From Phoronis australis (taxonomy: Eukaryota > Animalia > Phoronida): a stretch of 64,000 bases of DNA. Position 1 is the first letter of the stretch, and every line of letters begins with the position of its first letter. This document shows, piece by piece, positions 23,854-64,000 of the stretch. The DNA is taken from the NCBI GenBank assembly GCA_002633005.1, contig NMRA01000012.1, positions 736,571-800,570 on the forward strand, in the 5' to 3' direction. The notes beneath the pieces are model-generated. The model ran no database searches and had not been told where the DNA came from. It saw only the letters and a program-made list of their open reading frames with translations. The position numbers and the translations under genes were made by a program.

Positions 23854-25810
23854 TATCATTTTGATTTTAGAAAATTGTCTGTCTCCATCATCTAAATTGT
23901 TTTTCATTGTGCCACTTTGTTAACATTAACTTGAACTGAAAATATATTAAAATTAATTCTTAATAAAAAAAGATGAGAAGAGATTGTCTGTTGCCAGTAG
24001 TAAAATGAAATTCTGTGACATTCTGTATTGTATTCTGCTGAGCCAAGTGTGCTGTTAGCGTTTTGTTGGGTTCACAGTTATTTTATACTACAAGTGGTTG
24101 TTTATTTTTTCTCAAATTGTTAGTTTAATACATCGTTACCACTGACAAATGTGTCTCGCATTTGTGACAAAAGCAAAGTTGCTGTGACTTATACATGCAA
24201 AAAGCACCAAAAGAAGTGTGGCTATTGTAACTTCCATGTGACATTTTGAAAATTTTGGGATATGCCAAATTGTGGATTACCATTAAACATTCATTCTCTA
24301 AAATTTTCAACAGTAACTGGCATATTTGATCGACATTAACTGTACAGTTGCAATGGTTTTTGAAAAAATTTATAAGGGTCGGTCATTCTTTCTGCAAAAT
24401 TTTTATGTGCATGAACAAGCCTAATTTTGCAAATATTAGAGAAAATTTAATGCACTTTTACCAAGAAATCACCTTGCTGCTGTAGACTTGCCCTGGGTTA
24501 TTCAGCAGCCCTAAAAAATGAGAGTATTTTTTATGTATCGAGTGTGGTATAATTTCAGTCAAAATTGATTGCCCTTTTTCGTTCTTCAAAGTATTCCAAC
24601 GTTATTCTGAATGCTTACATTTCAGAATGTCTGATGGTAGCCATGTTGAACTTGGACATGCAAATGCATTAATTCGATTCTACAAAAAATTTCCCATGAC
24701 CGGCATATTGTGTCCCTGGCAATAATTAGTGTATCTCAAAACCAACTTATTGTGACCAGCCTTGGTGTGAATGGAGACTAATGTAGTATATTCTATGAAT
24801 CTAGATGCCGGTTTCCCATTTTTCTTTGTTGATCACATTGGTTGGTAGCAAATTCATGTGTTTGTATGTGTTGCATTATTACTGTTCCGGTTTACATTGT
24901 CGTTCACGTCATCAGGTATTGTAGAAGTTTAAAGTAAATGCCTATTTATCATTACTAAATACTAGCTGCTGTTTGTTTTAGCCAATGTGGTAATTATTCA
25001 CCTGTTTAGGACAAAATATGTTGGACACGGTAAATTTCATTTCATCAAATGTCTCGGTAGAAATAAACACTAAAAATAACGAACGACTTTTAGAATTGTT
25101 TGCACAGCCAGTACTGCGATCTTAAAACGCCAGTGGACAAAATGTTTATTAAAAACAAAGTAGTAAGCCTCTGAAAAATTTTGGTGAAAAATTTTTATGT
25201 GAAATTGCTGATGTTTCGTCATAATTTTCTGGTATTTGTTCGGGCTATTTTTCATTTTTAAGTTGTGCTTATTTTTAAAGAATCTGTTGTCCATATTTTT
25301 GTAATAGGAAAATTAGTGATGTGAAGAACTTTTAAAGGTGTATCGGAAATATGTCTATTGGGACGTTCCACACAATGTTGATTTTTTAATCAATTTTGTG
25401 ACATGTCACAGTGATCAAGTATTAACAGGTCTTGTTTTCTATGGCAAAACTATGGTTGGGATAGAGGTTATAGGACGTGATATTTTTTGGATTTAATAAA
25501 TGACTTCATTCTTATTTTATCATACTTTGAAGTAGACCAAAAATGTTGATCTGCTGAAGCACAGCTCATTACGACTTTTACTGGATATTAGTACGATCTT
25601 GTATTTGATAAACCATGTTCACACATGAAATACTCTGTGGTTGACACATCAAAGAAATTTCAACTCCTTGGAAATAAATAGTAAAAGTTTAAGCATTGTT
25701 TTTATTGAGATTATGGTTTCATGAAAATTATCACACTTGCTTTTCCTTTGCTTCATTTTGACCATGAAATTAATGTTCCTTAGTATTAAGTGTCATATTA
25801 CCAAACAATG

Positions 25811-25875
25811 TACAGTCAAACTTCGTTACAACAAAACTCCTGGGACCTGTTGAAAACGTTCGTTGTAACCGAATC
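25811..25875 (+). mobile_element. Pogo/Tigger-type MITE left end
   Basis: TA|CAGTCAAACTTCGTTACAAC...GGGACC...TTCGTTGTAACCGAA. Confidence 0.5.
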
Positions 25876-27887
25876 AACTTTTTAGAGAAGGTAAAAATCG
25901 CATTTTTGCGTATGCAAGGCTAATCAATCGCATGCCTGTTCGAGTTTAGCAAATCGTGCTTGTGCGTCATGCGCTGTGCACAAATATGAAATCAAGGAGT
26001 CTGCTTGGGATCAATTTTAGGCTTGCCTGTGCTGGTTTGCTGTAAAGTTGGGACATTGAAATTGGGACTGCTGTAATTGTGAGAATGTATACGTATTCAT
26101 TAAAAACGATGTGTAGAAAAAGTACTTTGCATGTGGGAAAATGGGATTTCAGACTGGAAGATTATAAGCAAGCGAATGCGATTATAAACAGGATTCGTTG
26201 TAACACAATTTGACGTTTTCTTAAAACCATTTATTGTTGTTGGTGTGCGATGTTCTACAGGACATTTTCTTCTATCTATCGATTTGCTGTTGCACACGTA
26301 ATTGTGTTGTGCATAGTAGCATTGGCCCAGGAATAGATAACAACACCCATGTATTAATTTGAACTTTTACATTTAAAACATCAAATTATCCTGCACTAAC
26401 AAATATAATTATAAATGCTCAGAAATTGAAGCTTTTTACCTACAACAGAACATTTCGTTGATTGAGCAGATATTTCATATTCTAAGTGGTTAAACGTTAC
26501 TGTGTTAATATCCCTTCTTTGAAAATCTATTATGCAAAATAAATTGAATTCCAGCCAATTCCTTCCCACTTTACAGCCACTGCAGAAAAAGAAATAGAGT
26601 GCAACGACTGTTGTAGTAAGGTTCCATGGTGTATCCATGTTTCATGTCTTGAAACGCACAAAAGAGTATTAAAACACAAATTTTGAATCTTTTCTTCACT
26701 CTATTTTCAAACAGGAATAAACCGTAACCTGGAGCAGTGAAGCTTGTCACAGGATAAGTCACTCGTAGATGGCACTGTTTACATTTGCACAATTTAGCTC
26801 AAAACTGATATCACTACCTGTTATTGCACAGTCCCTACAGCTTTCAAGTTATGTAGAACCCTCGAAAACTGGCCAAATTGAGCAAACTTCGGAATGTCAT
26901 ATTTCAGAAATGGCCGATTGGATTCATACGAAACTTTCAGATCCCAACCTTAATGCACCATTCTCCAAAACAGAGTCCGGAATTGTTTTTAAAAATTTCC
27001 ACTTTTGCTGGAGGGGCTATTCAAAACAGGACTGAAAAAACTTAAAAGTTGCACAAAACTAAAAAAATAATCTAAAAAAATTATAATGGTGTTTTTGATA
27101 TTTCATCTTGAACAGTAACATTGAATGAAATTTGATTATGTTATTGATTACATGTTTTGCTATGGATGTATGACCTTTTGTTTTTGCTAAATTTTACTAA
27201 TAAATCTTAAAAAGTCATGGTCATGTGACACAATTAATAGCAGATCGGTAAAAAGTCAAAAATCAAATACTACACTCCGGCTTTCTACTTTCCAAAAAAT
27301 ATATACTTCAGAGCAAAAACCTACACTTGGCTAAATGCAATGTCGAATCAATAGGGCTCTACATAAACCAAGCTTAGTCATAAGAATCAACCCTATTTTA
27401 CTGATCAATGAACAAGCAAAGCATTACAATAATCTAGATGCAGCAACAGTGTAGCCTTCAACACCTCACCCCCAATTTTGCAGAACTGCTCCACTGTATT
27501 TCCACAAAAAATGCCCCGTACATGAAGAACGAGGTGTTTGACATGGATATTTTACAGACAAAAAATTGATGACACGTATGTTGCTGATTTAACAGACTAG
27601 CGAAAGTTGCACATTGTTATGCTCCAAAAATATTTGTGATCTAGTTGCAGGTAATGTAATTACGTGTTTACAGTAGGCTAAAACATTGCTCAGTTTCACT
27701 TTAAAAAGGCGCAGAATAAAAAGACTGCAACCAGTCTCTGAACGGCTGCCCAAAAATACTATTAATGAAGGGATTCATCGACATCACACACTTATCATAT
27801 AGATAATATAGGAAAATAAAATTCCTTTCAACTGTATCAGGGAGATGACGATGTCATAAATCATGACAACATGGAAACACCGTGACT

Positions 27888-60597
<32,710 letters not shown>

Positions 60598-63426
60598 CTA
60601 GGAAAATTATAAGAGCAAGTCTTTGTTTATGGTAAACACTCCTCGATATAGCACACAAAATGACAGCCATGTTTAATTCAATTTTGTCAAATTTCTCATT
60701 GAAAATCTAGATTTCATCATTGACAAGATGTACACCAAACAGGGATCGCAAAACAAAAGTTTGGTAAAAGTTTGAGCATTCTAACAATGTAACCAGTCCT
60801 AGAAAAATGTTAATTATTTTTGTGCGAAATTGAAGAAAGATTAGCATACTTGTTACAATACAAACACATTATCTATTACTGCCAACAAACTAAAACAAAT
60901 ATTTTAGCATTTATTTATGGTAACCGTTGTACATTTTATTGATAGTTTTCCAGGATTTAAGAAGTTTTAGAAACAACAAGTTAAGCCTATTTCAAAAATA
61001 TTGCTTAAGCTGCACTTTGACTTAGCTGAAATATGAAAATCGAATTAGGCCTTTTATTCTCATATCGGTCTCATGATATTAGGATTAGAATAAAAGACCT
61101 AACCTGATTTTCATTTCATGTCAGGCAAACAGGGCAAAATGCAGCTTTATGTTGAGACCAAAACATACGAAAATTTATTTGTTATGAAACTATGAAGTTA
61201 AAACTTCTAGGTCTCAAGTTTTGGCACTGAGCAAAATGGTCGTAAATTGGTGGCTTTGTAATGAAATACTCTGTAGCACTTGCAATTAATTTTTTCAAAA
61301 CCCCACTACAAGGAGTCAGGTAATTGACAGACAACAGCAATCTATGGAAGACATATTGTAATTTTGCCAATTTTGACAAAACTGTCATTTTTTGTTTTTG
61401 TTTTTACAAGAACTGAACCCAGCTCACCAGTTATATACATGTGGAGAATTTCTTGATTACACTGGTCACTGCTCTCATTCCCTAAGCCCCAGACAACTTT
61501 TATGATGCCTAAGCACACCCTTAGTATTGATGTAGATCTGAGCTAATGAAGTGGAAAGGTAATAGCTAGCACTACTTTCTTAACAATGGTGGTTGTTATT
61601 ACACCCAAATTGTTTTTCTCTGGCATTTGCACAGAGTTAAAGCCTGCAATGTGGAGAGTAGTTTTAACTTGGTACATTTTAAATATTACAAAAAGACTAA
61701 AAAGCTAATTTGCGTTCATCTTGATAAAGGATCACTTCCCAATGGAACCTTGGTTTCAAATATGTTTCATACCTGTTTTCATTACTTTATTTTAATACTC
61801 CTGTCTACTTGTTTTTTTCCTAACCAGTTAGGGTTGTTATCTTTTTATTTTGTGTTTAAACACAATATCAGAACAACTTAGAAGTCAGTTAATTGTGAAC
61901 CCATCCTTGAATTTTCCAGATTACAGCTACACCAAACATGTCACAGCAAACAAAACTACACATGCCATTAGTTCAAGTTCAATGTTTATTAGAACTCAAA
62001 TCATAAAATATATGCAAAAGTGCAAATATGGTGATCGCCAAATTGAAGATTTGGAAGCTCTGGACAATTTTGGTTGCAGTAACTACATATAACTATTCTA
62101 GCTTTTCCTCACTCATAAAAAAGGAAATCACAGCTCTTGCCCACCGACCAACCTCATTCATTGCTTGCACTCTCTCGTTGACTACAAAGCTAGCCATCTT
62201 AGTTGTCTTCACAATTGGCACATCTTCGCGAATAGCAGAGGTTTCCGGTTAGTGTACTACTCCTGGAGTAAAGTAGTTCGGCATGCACTGGGCCATAAGC
62301 GATGCTTTAAAAGTTATTGACATCTAATTGAGTCACTGTGTTGTTTATAGATGTTTCAACTGTAGCTTAGTTGTATATTAAAAGAACAATCCTTGTGATA
62401 TTGTTAACTCTAACCAGCGTACGTAAATCACTGAATATATATCAATACGCACAGTCGTTTATCTTCAATCTTACCCAATGTTTGTAGTTTTTAGCTTGAT
62501 AGTTCATCAATTTTTAAAATTCGAATTGTTTTTTCCAACTGAATACACCTGTGGTATTTGTTTTTAATGAAAACTGTTGGTTAATGCATTTTAAAAATTT
62601 GTGAGTATGTAGAGACAGAGATGTTAACTACAGTTAATGGTTGGGTAATTACACTTAATTGGGTCTTGCTCAGCACCGGACAATGCGGTCATCGCAACTG
62701 AGTCCGACAGTGGTGCCGCGCTCTTTTTGATCCTGGTAAAAGCCACTCAGAAGGACGAGCGGTGAAAGGTCACGCATATTTTTAGAAATACGTGACTTTC
62801 GTGTAAACGTATTATTCACGGCATGTAGGACCTTATTAACAAGTCTTTGTATTATGCCAAATAATATCTGCAAACTATCGACTTCAACTCAGTTAGTTTC
62901 AAATTTGACAGATGTATAACATCTGACTGGTGCACCCTTTTAAAAACATAACATTGGTGTATCCACCACAAGTATTATTAAGATGTGAAGTGCACATGAC
63001 CCTGGCATTCATTGAGAAGAAAAATCAAGTGTTATTAGTAGACATGGAATGACAGCTTTTTAATATGGTGATATCAAGTGACATGGTAACATATAAGTAT
63101 ATTTTTAATTTTAAAAATTTACTTGGTGTCTTTTAACAGTTCAGTTTCCAAAATAATTAACATCAAGAAACTAGTATTAAAACTTTCAAGGGCTTGGCCA
63201 GTTGGAAAATCATACAAAACTTTAGAGAGACTAAAAAATTCAATCAAAATCTGCAATTTAAACATATAAATTTATAGCTTGTCTACTTACTTGTGATCCC
63301 CTGCACCTAATTAAACCGAAGGCTGTCATAATCAAGATTAAGAAGCATTGTCTACAGAAAATTCATCTCAAGGTTTCATCCACCATCTACAGAACAATGA
63401 ATAAGTGTTTAAGATAGTCCTTTAGT

Positions 63427-63935
63427 TTCTATTTTCGGATCAACTAAAGGACATCCAGCTTTGGCTGCTAACCGACTAGCAAGATGGGCGTTACATCTTA
63501 GCCAGTATCAATACACAATAGAGTATCAGAAAACATGTGATCATTCTAATGCAGATGCATTGAGTCGCTTACCCTGTGGTAAGGCTCCAAAATTCAACAG
63601 GGAGGAAGAACAAGCAGACATGAATGTGGTCTGTTCTTTTAAGCAAGTAAGTCTACAATTGAACCCTGTTCACTCTAAATTGCTTAATAAAGGATCTAGC
63701 AAGGATTCTGACATTTCTAAAGCAATGAGATATGCCATAGAGGGTTGGCCAGTTTCTGTGGATTCCAAAGAATTGAAATATTTCAGAAAATTGAAAGATA
63801 TATTGACCACAGAAGATGGATGTCTTTTTCATGGTACACGGATAGTTATTCGAAAGAGATTACAAAAACAGGTGTTGAATCTGCTTCATATTGGCCATTT
63901 CGGAATGCAAAGAATGAAGCAACTAGCACGTGTGA
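63427..63935 (+). mobile_element. Ty3/Gypsy LTR-retrotransposon pol fragment (RNase H end, linker, start of integrase zinc-binding region), truncated
   Basis: AANRLARWALHLSQYQYTIEY...NADALSRLP...GCLFHGTRIVI...VLNLLHIGHFGMQRMKQLAR, then a stop. No LTRs or RT seen. Confidence 0.9.
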
Positions 63936-64000
63936 GATGATCTCATCCGAATGAGTAGGTTTGATGATACGTTTACGTACCCTGGGATGACTATGCGAAG

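Noticed and set aside
61428-61481. Candidate upstream exon with a GTGAGC donor
   Set aside because: Its only open frame ends in phase 1, incompatible with the phase-0 acceptor at 60597.
63291-63351. Candidate upstream exon with TAG/GTAAGT boundaries
   Set aside because: Phase-compatible, but the peptide has no recognisable similarity and there is no other support.

Overview
AT-rich, intron-rich animal (invertebrate-like) genomic DNA with one assembly gap (6684-7236). I reconstructed two convergent multi-exon genes by hand from splice sites and reading-frame phase. (1) A + strand CCDC62 orthologue: 11 coding exons at 5384-21819, about 433 aa, with a probable non-coding first exon ending at 4488 and a candidate alternative terminal exon at 15681-15899. 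(2) A - strand gene of at least 34 exons at 60597-27888, 1240 codons in frame, 5' end unresolved. It encodes an unusual fusion: an N-terminal domain with HYEQ / RDHSFGxRDW / GYGICE motifs, then a PPDK-type ATP-grasp, a large central putative substrate-binding domain and a C-terminal phospho-His swivel domain. That is the domain order of bacterial rifampin phosphotransferase and PigC, not of true PEP synthase. The rest is non-autonomous transposon debris: a 900-bp long-TIR element with a 9-bp TSD, several MITEs, Helentron-like repeats carrying periodic CTCF-like motifs, a tRNA-derived SINE, a Ty3/Gypsy pol fragment and short tandem repeats. No database searches were run; family assignments rest on motif recognition.
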